The notes: generated by a model from the letters alone, not told the origin. 64,000 bases of DNA from Spirochaetia bacterium (GCA_965203905.1 CBDBDQ010000005.1:4928001-4992000), one strand, 5' to 3'. Positions 1-10,728 are shown, counted from the stretch's first letter. Translations and numbers: made by a program.

Positions 1-365
1 ACGCCCATCACGTCGTGCATTGGGCCGACGGAGGGGAGACGCAGCTCACCAACCTGGTCAGCCTGTGTCGTTTTCACCACCGCGCGGTGCACGAGGAGGG
101 CTTTCAGGTGGTCGCTGACAGCGCCGGGCAGTTCCAGTTCCTGCGCCCGAATGGCGAGCCGCTGCCGGCGGTGCCACCGGCGGCGCGCTGGGAGGGTGTC
201 GGGCCGCCGCTGGCGCCGACCGTGGAGCGCCTGGCGGCGGCCGGCATCAGCATTGGTCCGCACACCGCTACTCCCGAGTGGTATGGCGAATCGCTGAACG
301 TGGCGGCGGCGCTCGACGTGCTGTGGGAGCCGCCGGTGGCGGCGGCGCGTGGCGGCGCTCCCTGA
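1..365 (+). CDS. HNH endonuclease domain protein (DUF222/HNH-like), 5' truncated by window edge
   Basis: AHHVVHWADGGETQLTNLVSLCRFHHRAVH is a typical HNH motif; the frame is open at the window start. Confidence 0.8.
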   Translation, partial: AHHVVHWADGGETQLTNLVSLCRFHHRAVHEEGFQVVADSAGQFQFLRPNGEPLPAVPPAARWEGVGPPLAPTVERLAAAGISIGPHTATPEWYGESLNVAAALDVLWEPPVAAARGGAP

Positions 366-534
366 GGCACCCGCAACCTGGTGGTGAGCGCAGCGAGGAT
401 GAGTAGTGCACGCGCGATGGAGACTGCCTCCAGATCGCCCTGGCTGCTGCGGAGTCGTGCACACCCACTGCAGGGGAGTGCCACCGCTTCCGCGACTGGC
501 CTGACCTGTTTGCGCCGGGTCGAGTTGGACTAAG

Positions 535-1602
535 ATGGTGGAGATGCAGCGACCGATTCGCCTGGGTCTGATCGGCTGCGGCGGGATCGTGCGGATCGCA
601 CACGCGCCGGGGTATCAGTCGATCCCTGAGCTGGTGCAGGTCACCGCGCTGGCCGATCCGGTCGGTGACAACCTGCAGCAGATGGGTGAGATGCTGGCCG
701 TGCCGCCGGAGCGGCGCTACGCCGACCACCACCAGATGCTGGAGCACGCCGGGCTGGACGCGGTCACCATTGCCACGCCGCACCACCTGCACGCCGGACA
801 CGCAATGGACGCGGCGGCCGCGGGCGTGGCCGTGATCTCCGAGAAACCGATGGCCACCTCCGTGGAGGAGGCGCAGCAGGTGCTGGCGGCGGTGCGGCGC
901 CACGGCGTGCCCTACGCGGTGGTGCACAACTTTTTGTTCACGCCCGGCATGGAACGGGCGCGGGCGCTGCTGGCCGAGGGCGCCGTGGGGACGCCGTTCT
1001 TCGGGCGCGCCAAGTCGCTGTTCAACAAGACCGACGACCGGGCCGATCCGCGCAACGAGTGGCGTGCCTCGCGTGCGGCCGGGGGCGGCGCCATCAACGA
1101 CACCGCCTACCACGAGATCTACCTGCTGGAGACGCTGGTCGGCTCGCCGGTGCGCTACGTGGAGGCGCGGGTGGCAACGCAGCACTTCGCCTTCGACGTG
1201 GACGACCTGGCGCTGCTGCTGCTGGAGCACGAGGGCGGTGCGCTGTCCACGGTGGCCACCGCCTGGTGTGTGCCCGGCGGCGACGCCGGCGAGAGCGCCA
1301 ACCTGGCCGAGGTGCAGGGCCCGACCGGCGGGGTGCGCGTCATGCGCCGCGGCCGCGGGTTGTGGCAGTATGCGCGCGGCACGCGGCAGTGGCGGGAGGT
1401 AGCGCTGCCGCCGCAGCCAGATTGGGCCGAGAGCGGCCACGGGCGTTACTTCGCCGCCACCTTCGAAGCCCTGGCGAAAGGGGCGCCGCCACCGGTCGGC
1501 GCCGAGCTGGCCCTGCACAACCTGCGCATCGTCGCCGCCGCCCGCCGTGCCAGCGCCGAACGGCGCGCCGTGGAGCTGCCGCCGCCGGACACCGCCGGCT
1601 GA
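535..1602 (+). CDS. Gfo/Idh/MocA family oxidoreductase
   Basis: GLIGCGGI Rossmann motif, IATPHHLH, EKPMA, GGGAIND..YH; the true start may be ATG 544, 7 nt after a TAAGAT -10 box. Confidence 0.9.
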   Translation: MVEMQRPIRLGLIGCGGIVRIAHAPGYQSIPELVQVTALADPVGDNLQQMGEMLAVPPERRYADHHQMLEHAGLDAVTIATPHHLHAGHAMDAAAAGVAVISEKPMATSVEEAQQVLAAVRRHGVPYAVVHNFLFTPGMERARALLAEGAVGTPFFGRAKSLFNKTDDRADPRNEWRASRAAGGGAINDTAYHEIYLLETLVGSPVRYVEARVATQHFAFDVDDLALLLLEHEGGALSTVATAWCVPGGDAGESANLAEVQGPTGGVRVMRRGRGLWQYARGTRQWREVALPPQPDWAESGHGRYFAATFEALAKGAPPPVGAELALHNLRIVAAARRASAERRAVELPPPDTAG

Positions 1603-1666
1603 CCGGCGAACATCCGGCACCGGACTCCCGAGCGACCGAGTAACCGAGCTTCAAGGAGGAGCAACC

Positions 1667-2507
1667 ATGAGACCCTATATTGACTGTCACAACCACATCG
1701 GGCGCACCCTGAACCGGCTGCCGCCCACGGGCCAGAGCACCGCCATGGCGCTGGCCCGCTTCGCCGAGACCAGCGTCTACGCCAGCCTGTCGATGCCGAC
1801 CGCCACCGGCGGCCTGGTGCTGCGCGGGCTGGAGGACATCCGCGACCAGAACCGGGTGATCGCCCGCGCGCGCCGCGACTTCCCCGCGCACGTGCCGCTG
1901 GGGCTGGCCCTGGTCGAGCCGTGCCTGGGGCCGATCGCCGTCGACGAGGCGGAATGGGCGCTGAGCGAACTGGGCCTGCACGGCATCGTGTCCCATCCGC
2001 CGGTGCGCGAGGCCTGCATCCCGTTCGTCGAGATGGCCGCGGCACGCGGCGGCCTGTGCAACGTGCACATGCACGACGCGCTGTTCGGCGAGATTGCGCG
2101 CATGTTCCCGGCCGCCACCTTCATCACCCATGCCAGCAGCCACGCCGCCGAGCACTTCGGCGGGCTGGACAACGTCTGGTTCGAGGTGGTGCAGTATCCC
2201 GACGGGCGCGGCAGCCGCTGGGACTTCGCCCGGCTGGCCGACCGGGTGGGACGCGAGCGCATCATCTTCGGTGCCGATCTTCCCTACTACGACTACCGCC
2301 TGCTGCAGCAGATCATCGAGCAGGCGCCGGTCGACGACGACCTCAAGGACCGCATCGCCTACCGCAACATGCTGGGAGCTGATCCGCCGGTACAACCCGG
2401 AGTGGCAGCTCCCCGACGCCCCACCCGCGGCGCCGCGCGTGTATCGGGCCGAGGAGCTGTGGGCCGTGGACCCGGAGAAACCCGATCGCCTGACCGTCTA
2501 CGGCTGA
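1667..2507 (+). pseudogene. Amidohydrolase family protein (amidohydrolase_2-like) with +1 frameshift near 2374 (real or sequencing error)
   Basis: IDCHNH metal motif and IIFGADLPY; RBS GGAGGAG; removing one G from CTGGGAG joins ..RNML to ELIRRYNPEW..VYG*. Confidence 0.75.
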
Positions 2508-2515
2508 GCCCGGTC

Positions 2516-3877
2516 TCAGTAGATCGAGTTGAGTTCGAAGGCCTCCATGGACACAACCCGTGCCTTCCGGCCTCGCGGCCACGGCATTCCGTAGGTGGCC
2601 AGACGATACCGGGCACCTTCCTGCGGCAGGAAGCAGGAGCTCATCGAGACCGCGCCATCGTCGGCGAAGACCTCGATCGAGGTTCTGTCGACGAGCAGGT
2701 GCAGCCGGACGGTATCCTTCGCCGGCGGCACGCGCGCACTGCTCCCCCCGCACGAGAGGCGGCGGCTCCTTTGTTCATAGCGGACCGCTTCACCCTTGAT
2801 CGTGAATATCACCTCGCGTGCGTCGCCGGGGTCTATCTCGGCGCGGATCTCGAGCAGGTCAGTTTGGATGCCCTGGAGCAGGTTCTCGGTATGGGTAATC
2901 TCCTCATCCTGCCAATGGTGGCGCTTTCCGCGTAGCGTTTCCAATTCCTCGACCGGACGACGGTCCATTCGCAAACCGGATGGCGTGCGCCGGAGCACAA
3001 GCTCACAGGGGAAGCTCATCTGCTGGTCGAAGGGCATCTGCGGATACTCGCCGCCGCCCATCCATGCAATCTGCACGCATCGACGTTGCGACTCCGGCAG
3101 CCCGAACCAGGTCTGCGCCGCGTAGAAGTTCTTGCCGTGATCGGCGCGCAGAACCCCGGTTTGCGGATGAAACTCCGTGCCGTCGAATGTGCCCACGAGG
3201 TAGTTGCCGTTGGCTGCCCAGAACACCCACTTGAGGTCGGCCACGTCGCCGTCGACGGGTAGGGCAAACAGGTCTGGACATTCCCTGCCTCCGGGCACAT
3301 GCACCGTCGAAAGACCCTGCCAGGTCTTGAGATCGGGCGAGGAGAACAGGGCGTACTCGTTCCCGCTCAGGAACAGCGCCATGATCCACTTGGACTCAGG
3401 CTCATACCAGATGACCTTCGGATCGCGGTTCTCGGCCACGATGTGGGAAATGACCGGATTCCCCTCGAAGTGCTTCCAGGTCCGGCCGCGGTCGTTGCTG
3501 TAGCTGATGTTCTGGGTACACGGCCTGTTGGTCTCCACGGTGGTGTCGCCGGCAGTGTAGACAGCCACGATCACTTCCTCGGCGCCGGTCTTGAAGCCCG
3601 CGGTGTTCGGATAGTCCACCACCGAGGATCCCGACCAGATCCAGCCCTGCTCATGCGGCTCTATGGCGTGGTCCCGCTGTTTCCAGTGGACCAGGTCGGA
3701 GCTTATGGCATGGCCCCAACGACTCGGTCCCCAATCCGCTCCCGTCTGATGCTGAAAGAAGAGATGATACTCGCCGTCGTGGTAGACCAGCCCGTTGGGG
3801 TCGTTGAGCCATTTCTCTCGTGCCGTGAAATGAAACTGTGGCCGGTACCTCTCGTGGTACGTGTTCTCGTGTTGCAC
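2516..3877 (-). CDS. Glycoside hydrolase family 32 (levanase/beta-fructofuranosidase-like)
   Basis: WLNDPNG, WSGS, RDPKV and ECPD catalytic motifs; AGGAG RBS before GTG 3877. Confidence 0.92.
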   Translation of the reverse strand: MQHENTYHERYRPQFHFTAREKWLNDPNGLVYHDGEYHLFFQHQTGADWGPSRWGHAISSDLVHWKQRDHAIEPHEQGWIWSGSSVVDYPNTAGFKTGAEEVIVAVYTAGDTTVETNRPCTQNISYSNDRGRTWKHFEGNPVISHIVAENRDPKVIWYEPESKWIMALFLSGNEYALFSSPDLKTWQGLSTVHVPGGRECPDLFALPVDGDVADLKWVFWAANGNYLVGTFDGTEFHPQTGVLRADHGKNFYAAQTWFGLPESQRRCVQIAWMGGGEYPQMPFDQQMSFPCELVLRRTPSGLRMDRRPVEELETLRGKRHHWQDEEITHTENLLQGIQTDLLEIRAEIDPGDAREVIFTIKGEAVRYEQRSRRLSCGGSSARVPPAKDTVRLHLLVDRTSIEVFADDGAVSMSSCFLPQEGARYRLATYGMPWPRGRKARVVSMEAFELNSIY

Positions 3878-4351
3878 ATGGATCTCCTGTTCGACCGATT
3901 CCCCCGGTGCTGTCAACCGACGGCGCCGACTCGCCCGGACAGCTCCAGCAGCAGGGTGCCGCGGCGGACGGCTCGATCCGCCACCGGCCAGGGCACCGCT
4001 GCAGCGCTGGGCGGCTTCCGCGCTCGACCGCTACGGTTGCTGCCGGCCCCGCACCGTACTCAACCGCCGTCGCTGGCGCTCGTAGCATGACACCGTGCCG
4101 CGGCCACGATCAAGGTTGAGCCGAGCAGCCGCCGTCGTGTTGCGCGGGAGACACCCGCGCGCCCTGTGGAACATCGACGGCGCACCGCGTGGTCGCAGCC
4201 GATCCGAGCCTCCCATCGTCGCTCACCTCTTCCGCCGACAACGGCCGCGGCCTCCACCTGGCAGACGTCCGGACGGCGCTTGCACTACCGCCGGTGGCTC
4301 GCCATCATGGGGTCCGTCGCGAACCAGCCTTGATACTGCCCGCGTCTGACG

Positions 4352-5317
4352 ATGACTTCTGAACCAACCACCATGGTCGCACGTTCACAGAAAAAGACCG
4401 GCGGTCTGCTCAAAGACATAAGCAACAATAAAGCCAGCTATCTGCTGGCGCTGCCGGCGCTCGTGTACGTATTCATATTCCAGTACCTGACCTATCCCTA
4501 CATCGCCATTGCATTTCAGAAGTTCAGCTACAGAACCGGGATGTCGTTCTGGAACAACCAGTGGATCGGCCTCAAGAATTTCGAATTCTTCTTCAAGTCC
4601 ATCTATTTCTCGCGGGTAACCTGGAATACCGTCAAGTTCAGCTTCCTGTTTATCATCTTCGGAACCTTCGTGGCACTGATTTGCTCATTGCTGCTCAACG
4701 AAGTGCGCCAAAGATGGTTTGCCAAGAGCGCTCAATCCATCTACCTGTTTCCTCACTTCCTGTCTTGGGTGGTAGTGAGCTACATCGTGTTCAGCCTGTT
4801 TGGCACCGAATTCGGGTTGGTGAATACGACCCTGCAAGCGCTGGGCATGGAGCCAGTCTCCTGGTATTCCATGCCGGCTGCCTGGACCTGGATAATCGTC
4901 GCGATGCGAGTCTGGAAGAGCACCGGAATAATCACCATCATCTTTCTGGCTGCGATCACGGGCATAGACGAGCAGCTCTACGAAGCCGCGACAGTCGATG
5001 GCGCTACCCGCTGGCAGAAGATCAAGTCGATCACGATCCCGCTGTTGATGCCCACTGTTGCTATCCTGACTCTCCTTGAGATAGGGAAGATGATGTACGG
5101 TGACTTCGCCATGATGTACGCCATCATAGGCGATAACGGACTTCTCTATCCGACCGCGGACATCATAGATACCTATGTCTTTCGCGCCCTCAGAAAGATA
5201 GGTGACCCTTCGCACGCCATGGCCGTGGGCCTGTATCAGTCACTGGTAGGATTCGTGCTCGTGCTCATTACCAATCTGGCGGTAAGAAAGTACTTCAGGG
5301 AAGGAGCGCTGTTCTAG
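4352..5317 (+). CDS. Carbohydrate ABC transporter permease (LplB-like)
   Basis: EAA loop LYEAATVDGATRW; multiple transmembrane segments. Confidence 0.9.
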   Translation: MTSEPTTMVARSQKKTGGLLKDISNNKASYLLALPALVYVFIFQYLTYPYIAIAFQKFSYRTGMSFWNNQWIGLKNFEFFFKSIYFSRVTWNTVKFSFLFIIFGTFVALICSLLLNEVRQRWFAKSAQSIYLFPHFLSWVVVSYIVFSLFGTEFGLVNTTLQALGMEPVSWYSMPAAWTWIIVAMRVWKSTGIITIIFLAAITGIDEQLYEAATVDGATRWQKIKSITIPLLMPTVAILTLLEIGKMMYGDFAMMYAIIGDNGLLYPTADIIDTYVFRALRKIGDPSHAMAVGLYQSLVGFVLVLITNLAVRKYFREGALF

Positions 5318-5350
5318 ACACCCCATGAGATCCACAGCTTCCCTTGGGAT

Positions 5351-6196
5351 GTGCCGATATACCTGTTTCTCCTGGTGTTCTCCGTGTTCTGCGCGGTGCC
5401 GATGCTGCTCATCGTAATGGTGTCGGTGACCGACGAGGCGTCTATCATCAAATTTGGGTATTCGCTGATCCCCGCTGAATTCTCTGTCGAAGCATACAAG
5501 ATTGTCTTTCGTCGCGGCTCGAGCGTTCTCAGGAGCTACACGGTTACCGTGTTCGTTACTTTCGTGGGGACGTTGCTGGCAGTTGCGATCACCGCGATGG
5601 CTGCATACACGTTGGCCAACAAACACGTGAAGTATCGCAATGGCATGGCCATGTTCGTCTTTTTTACGATGCTCTTTCATTCCGGGCTGGTCCCATGGTA
5701 CGTCATGTGCCGGAATCTAGGACTCACCGACAATGTGCTTGCTCTCATTATTCCGTCGTTGCTGTTCAATCCTTTCAACCTGTTCCTCGTAAGGAACTTC
5801 ATGAAGGGTATCCCGGATTCCTTGATGGACTCGGCGAAGATCGATGGAGCCTCCGACTTCAGGATCGCTTTCGCAATCTTTTTTCCGCTTTCGACACCGG
5901 TGCTGGCGGCGGTGTCGCTGTTCTATGCGCTGGGCTACTGGAACGACTGGTTCAACGCTATCATGCTGGTGGATGACAAGCGCCTGTATCCGCTTCAGTA
6001 CCTGTTGTTGAAGTTGCGTGAATTGCAGACGCTGGCAGAGCTGCAGATGGCAGGTATGGGGTCTGATTTTACTGTTCCCGGAGAGTCGTTGAAGATGGCG
6101 ACCGCGATTGTAACGATTGGACCGATTGTCTTCTTCTATCCTTTTCTGCAGCGCTACTTCGTGAAGGGATTGATAATCGGATCCATCAAGGGGTAG
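5351..6196 (+). CDS. Carbohydrate ABC transporter permease (LplC-like); start uncertain
   Basis: DSAKIDGAS EAA loop, YWNDWF, YPFLQRYFVKGLIIGSIKG C-terminus. Confidence 0.88.
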   Translation: MPIYLFLLVFSVFCAVPMLLIVMVSVTDEASIIKFGYSLIPAEFSVEAYKIVFRRGSSVLRSYTVTVFVTFVGTLLAVAITAMAAYTLANKHVKYRNGMAMFVFFTMLFHSGLVPWYVMCRNLGLTDNVLALIIPSLLFNPFNLFLVRNFMKGIPDSLMDSAKIDGASDFRIAFAIFFPLSTPVLAAVSLFYALGYWNDWFNAIMLVDDKRLYPLQYLLLKLRELQTLAELQMAGMGSDFTVPGESLKMATAIVTIGPIVFFYPFLQRYFVKGLIIGSIKG

Positions 6197-6484
6197 GGGA
6201 TCGGGGTCCGGAGGATCGGTAGTACGACGTTCGCGGACGAGGGCGCGTGGCACGTCGCTGTGGCGCGTCGCTCAGGCGGGCGGCAGCATCCTCTGGGAGT
6301 CGTGCGGGCGGGGAGCGGCCGGTGTGGGTGTGGCGGTGGGGTGTGGCGGTAGCGGCAGTAGCGCTGGGCCCACGGCCGCTGCCCATCGCTGTCATCGCTG
6401 TCGCTGTGACATCGCCTGGACGGGCGTACCGGTCATCGGGTAGCCTGCTTGGCGTGCTATTCCTACCTATCAGGAGGTGTTCTC

Positions 6485-8059
6485 ATGAGTAAGGGAGCGC
6501 AGTCACGGAGCCGGCGGCTCTATCTGCTGCTGGCGCTGATTCTGATCGTACCGTTTGCCGTCCATGGCGCAGGCGAGGAGGAGTCTGCAGGGGCGGCAGC
6601 AGCCGAACCGAAAATGGTGAGGTTGGTCGCCACCTTGTGGGGCGACGTGCCGGTAGATGAGAAACGAGTTCAGGACGCAATCAATGAGCGACTGCAGGCG
6701 GATGGGCTCAACCTCTACTATGAGAGGACCTGGATCCCCTTTGGCGGCGGTACTACTTGGGAACAGAAGACGAATCTCATGTTGTCTACCGGCGAGGAGT
6801 TCGAGCTTCTCAGCGTGCTGCAGGACCGGTGGCCGGTCAGTCAGTACGTCGGACAAGGCGCAGCGCACGCCATTGACGAGTATCTGGATGAATACGGACC
6901 TGCGATCATGGAGGGTATACCGGACAACCTCTGGAAAGATGTCACCATAAACGGCAAGATATATGCGTTGCCCGCGTATTTTGCCCCTATGACGAGCAAC
7001 ATCGAGAGGATCAGCATTCGCAAAGACCTTTACGACAAGCATGGCCTGGATATTCCTCAGACCAGAGAAGAGCTGATACGCGCTTCGGAGATCATCCATG
7101 CCAACGAGCCAGACCTCAAGCCGCGAGCATGGACAAAGCTCGGTCACGACCCCTCCGTCTTTCTGCATCGAGGTTATGAAACCTACCCATTTACCGTACA
7201 AGACGAGATGATCTACATCGATCAGAAAGGAAACGTAAAAGCGTGGATAGAGACGGAGGAGTTCAAGCAGGACAGCGCTTTCTGGAGGGAACTCTACGTC
7301 AAGGGCCTGGTACATCCCGATCTGCTCCCCGGTGGTTCCGATCTTCGCCACAGGGAATTGAACAAGGAAGCCATCACGTTCGAGCACTCCATCTGGCATC
7401 CCACGTCAATTCAAGGGAACGAGCCGGAAGGCGAGTACATGACGATCCTCTTGTACCCGGACGAAGTGAAGTTCAACAGTTTCGGCATGAGGAACGGAAC
7501 GCTCGTTCCCATTACCGCAAAGCATCCTGAAGCCGCGATACAGTTTGTCAACTGGGCTTATTCGAGCCAGGAAAATCACGACCTGTTGGCTTTGGGAATT
7601 GAAGGCGTGCATTGGCGAGAATCGGACACCGTGCTGACCTGGAACAATCCCCATGCGGCAGGCTCCAAGACATCCTGGGAGTCGCCTGCGGTAGAAAAAA
7701 TTGTGGATCCGGAAACCAACCAGGCTCTGTACAACCACTGGGTATTCCTGATCGGTCAATTGCGCTGGATGCGGATCAGTCCGCTGTCCCATCCATCCCA
7801 ATTGGAAGAGCGCGACCCAGCCTATACCAACGTCGAGGACAGCATTACCATCGGATTTGCGTTCGATTCGTCACCGGTAGCGACTGAGTACGCAAACCTG
7901 AAGGCGATGATTGCGGAGAACGTGTGGCCCATGAGGTTCGGTATCGTGGATTACGACGAGGCTTACGACAAGGCTCTGAAAAACATGAAAGCCGCAGGCC
8001 TCGATCGAGTGATCGAAGAATATCAGAAACAGTTCAGCGCTTATATGGCATCGAACTAG
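6485..8059 (+). CDS. Carbohydrate ABC extracellular solute-binding protein (DUF3502-type C-terminus)
   Basis: AGGAGG RBS, signal peptide, NGKIYALP, LGIEGVHW, MKAAGLDRVIEEYQKQ. Confidence 0.88.
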   Translation: MSKGAQSRSRRLYLLLALILIVPFAVHGAGEEESAGAAAAEPKMVRLVATLWGDVPVDEKRVQDAINERLQADGLNLYYERTWIPFGGGTTWEQKTNLMLSTGEEFELLSVLQDRWPVSQYVGQGAAHAIDEYLDEYGPAIMEGIPDNLWKDVTINGKIYALPAYFAPMTSNIERISIRKDLYDKHGLDIPQTREELIRASEIIHANEPDLKPRAWTKLGHDPSVFLHRGYETYPFTVQDEMIYIDQKGNVKAWIETEEFKQDSAFWRELYVKGLVHPDLLPGGSDLRHRELNKEAITFEHSIWHPTSIQGNEPEGEYMTILLYPDEVKFNSFGMRNGTLVPITAKHPEAAIQFVNWAYSSQENHDLLALGIEGVHWRESDTVLTWNNPHAAGSKTSWESPAVEKIVDPETNQALYNHWVFLIGQLRWMRISPLSHPSQLEERDPAYTNVEDSITIGFAFDSSPVATEYANLKAMIAENVWPMRFGIVDYDEAYDKALKNMKAAGLDRVIEEYQKQFSAYMASN

Positions 8060-8072
8060 GACGGAGATTCCA

Positions 8073-8105
8073 GCATGAAGCCGGCTACCGTGGCGGGCTT
8101 CATGC
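8073..8105. terminator. Hairpin between convergent genes
   Basis: GCATGAAGCC...GGCTTCATGC 10-bp inverted repeat. Confidence 0.6.
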
Positions 8106-10181
8106 GCGTTCCTGATCCTCGAGAATACCTCGCTGGATCAGCTTCATGATGAGACTTGCCATCTTGGAGGCCGTGCAACCCCAGTCGTTGTTGTAGTTGG
8201 GCTTCGATGTTGTCCAGCGGTGATTCTGCGGGCAGCTTCCGAGTGTTGACACGGGCTCTTCCCTGACGTCCCCGGTGAACTGAAAATACGTGTGCCAGTT
8301 GACGAAGGCGACGAGGAAGTCCCGATAGGATTCGTTGCGGGTAACCTCGTATGCCCTGAGGAGCGCATCCCCCAGCTCGTTCCGGTTCATCAAGGCATGC
8401 CCATAGCGGCTCGGCCAGTTGCCATGGGTAATGCCGCCTGCGATCTTGCGGTCCATACCGTGATCTCCCAGGGTGACCTTGTAGGAGCCGCGGAGAAATT
8501 CCTCGTGCGGCTCCCAGAGGGCGAACAGGCAGAGCAGGATCGCGGCGAACTTGTCCACCAGTTGTCGATACCTCTCATCCCCGGTCAACTGATACGCGTC
8601 TGCGTATCCCCATACGATGTAGGCGACACCCGTTGGGTCGATCGCATTCGCATCGAGGTACAGCCAGTCGAGCTCTCCCTGCCCCCAGTGGGGGATCGTC
8701 TCGGCCAGGTGCGGGTAGGCATAATCCGCAAGTCTGAGAGCTGACTCTTGGTAGCGTTCGTCGTAACGTTCGTCGTCCGTCGCTCCATGGAGCTCAAGGA
8801 GGGCGCTTGTCATGTACAGGCAGGAACCGGGCTGAAACTCACGGATCACCCGAGCCTTCCCGTTCTCGAATGCCCAGAGCGAAGGCACGGATCCGTCCGT
8901 ATCCTGCACCCTGAAAAACCACTCGGCGATCTGCAGTGCGTGTTGCCGGTACCCGGGATCGCCCGTGAGGGTAGTGATCCTGGACAGGAAGTAGATCATG
9001 TAGGCGTTGTGGCAGGTCCAGATGATGTCCTGCTCCTGCTCCTGTCGCACGGGGCCTTGCACGCGGACGGCCGCCACGAAGGAGTCTTTCATGTCGCCCG
9101 GCGCTTGCCAGCTCACCGTAGCGTCGAGGCGGAACCGGGGATTCTCGATCCATCCTTTCAGCATCCGGATGGAGTGCTCGTCAATGAACCGTTTCGTCGC
9201 CTCGTCCGCATACAGGTGCCGGTACTGGTTGAAGGCGTAGATCATCTCCAGATCCCAGCAGCCGCTCCAACCCGGCCCCTCGCGGTCCTCGTCGATCACG
9301 AAATGCCTGGTCGACGGATCACCCCGAACCACGCCGTGATTGATGATGCCGTCCCCCTCGGCATGCCACTTCCTGGGGTCCTGCAAGGCCCGCATCACCA
9401 GGTCGACGTGCTTGCGCAATCCGTAGCGCGGTGCGAGAGGTTCCAGAGGCTGAATCCTCAGCACCTGCTCCATGGTGTCGTAGTAGGTGCCCTCCGCAAC
9501 CAGGAACGCGAAGTGCACCGAGACCGTCTCGCCGGCTGCCAGCAGGTTCTTCGAGTCGAAATCGGTATACCCGGGTGGAAGCTTCACATTGCACTCCAGC
9601 ACACCGACATCCGACATGTTGATCTCCAGCGCCTGGCAGCCGTCATACTTGCTGATCCCGGCCGAGTGATCGTAGGTGGATATGATCCACAGGGCAAGGC
9701 CCGTATCGCGATCGAAATAGCCCATCTGCGAAGGGCTGTAGAGCCAACTGAAATTGTCTATCGCCTCGTCTCGCTCAATCGCGACGCCATATCCGAAATG
9801 AGGTCTCTCGTTTGCACACGGAAGCTGCCAACTTATCTTTCCCATCAGACAGCCTTGTTTGGTTACCGTGTAGCTGCATGCCATCTGCAGCTCGGTGCCG
9901 CCGATTTCCTGGGTCCACGCCCATCGCAACGTGTCGTCTCCGATGGCGGTGGGCTGCACGCAAGACGGAATGCGGTAGACTCTCTCCCGCCACGAGACCG
10001 GACCAAACAGAAAGGCTCGAAAGCCCGTCCGTGCCGTCTCACCGGCCAGGCAGGCCCACCGGCCCTTCGCTGCGCGACCGAGAACCCGCAGCCGCCACTC
10101 GCTCTCTTCTCGAGTCCACTCCAGCTTGACGTTCCTGGTCTCGATGGAGGCTGGTTCCGGCGTTGACATCACCGTGGGCAT
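8100..10181 (-). CDS. Hypothetical protein, possible (alpha/alpha)6-barrel glycosidase-like C-terminal domain
   Basis: 693-aa ORF with repeated helix-hairpin motifs (LTGDPGYRQHA, ATDDERY, LTGDERYRQ, VTRNESYRD); function not recognised. Confidence 0.6.
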   Translation of the reverse strand: MPTVMSTPEPASIETRNVKLEWTREESEWRLRVLGRAAKGRWACLAGETARTGFRAFLFGPVSWRERVYRIPSCVQPTAIGDDTLRWAWTQEIGGTELQMACSYTVTKQGCLMGKISWQLPCANERPHFGYGVAIERDEAIDNFSWLYSPSQMGYFDRDTGLALWIISTYDHSAGISKYDGCQALEINMSDVGVLECNVKLPPGYTDFDSKNLLAAGETVSVHFAFLVAEGTYYDTMEQVLRIQPLEPLAPRYGLRKHVDLVMRALQDPRKWHAEGDGIINHGVVRGDPSTRHFVIDEDREGPGWSGCWDLEMIYAFNQYRHLYADEATKRFIDEHSIRMLKGWIENPRFRLDATVSWQAPGDMKDSFVAAVRVQGPVRQEQEQDIIWTCHNAYMIYFLSRITTLTGDPGYRQHALQIAEWFFRVQDTDGSVPSLWAFENGKARVIREFQPGSCLYMTSALLELHGATDDERYDERYQESALRLADYAYPHLAETIPHWGQGELDWLYLDANAIDPTGVAYIVWGYADAYQLTGDERYRQLVDKFAAILLCLFALWEPHEEFLRGSYKVTLGDHGMDRKIAGGITHGNWPSRYGHALMNRNELGDALLRAYEVTRNESYRDFLVAFVNWHTYFQFTGDVREEPVSTLGSCPQNHRWTTSKPNYNNDWGCTASKMASLIMKLIQRGILEDQERA

Positions 10182-10221
10182 CTTGCGCTACTCGCCGTGG
10201 AGCATGGCCTGCGACCGGCCG

Positions 10222-10250
10222 TTGAGCAAGTGGCGCGAGTAGGGTAGGGT
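10222..10250 (+). promoter_or_regulatory. Sigma70-like promoter for tRNA
   Basis: TTGAGC-17 nt-TAGGGT. Confidence 0.5.
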
Positions 10251-10271
10251 AGCCGGGTCCGGATCGGACTG

Positions 10272-10345
10272 GGGCAATTAGCTCAGCTGGATAGAGCGCT
10301 GGCCTCCGGAGCCAGAGGTCGTGGGTTCGAATCCCCCATTGCCCG
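10272..10345 (+). tRNA. tRNA-Arg(CCG)
   Basis: Acceptor GGGCAAT/ATTGCCC, D arm GCTCAGCTGGATAGAGC, anticodon stem CTGGC-CTCCGGA-GCCAG, TTCGAAT T loop; CCA not encoded. Confidence 0.95.
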
Positions 10346-10467
10346 TTCGTAATTCGTTTTCTGACCAGCCGTTACCCGTGCGTCGTCGAATCGCTGGAGC
10401 CTGGCCACGCACTTGGCATCAACGTGCTGCCGTTTTTGGGCGACAGCAGCCATACGGGGCTGCACAG

Positions 10468-10695
10468 CCAGCCCAGACGCTCGGCGCCGATGCCCACTTC
10501 ATGTCGCTGCCGATGGTGGGTAGCTCGGCGGCGCTGCGCAACGCGCTGGCCAGGGAGGCCGGTATCCGTGAGGTCATCGATCGCTGGGATCATCTGGATG
10601 TTGTGTGCGTCGGTGTTGGCATGCTGCCGCCGGTTCCGAGCATGTCTACATCGGCGAGGAGTACGTTCCCAAGCTGATGGCGGCCGAAGCCGTGG
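10468..10695 (+). pseudogene. Fragment of SorC/DeoR/LsrR-type sugar-binding regulator domain
   Basis: AQTLGADAHFMSLPMV..ALAREAGIREVIDRWDHLDVVCVGVG, then a frameshift; no HTH or start codon. Confidence 0.6.
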
Positions 10696-10728
10696 AAAGC
10701 AGGCGCTCAACGCTGCGCGGCTTCGGCT

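Noticed and set aside
2370-2380. Programmed frameshift in the amidohydrolase
   Set aside because: No slippery heptamer or stimulator is visible; a single extra G in a short run is better explained by mutation or sequencing error
5315-5353. Stop-codon readthrough fusing the two sugar permeases (same frame across TAG)
   Set aside because: A 1-nt loss after ATG 5325 (would give MRSTASLWDVPIY) or a GTG start explains it more simply; no recoding signal seen
6200-6480. Possible small gene or RNA between permease and SBP
   Set aside because: Low-complexity GC-rich sequence with no recognisable motif, RBS or repeat partner
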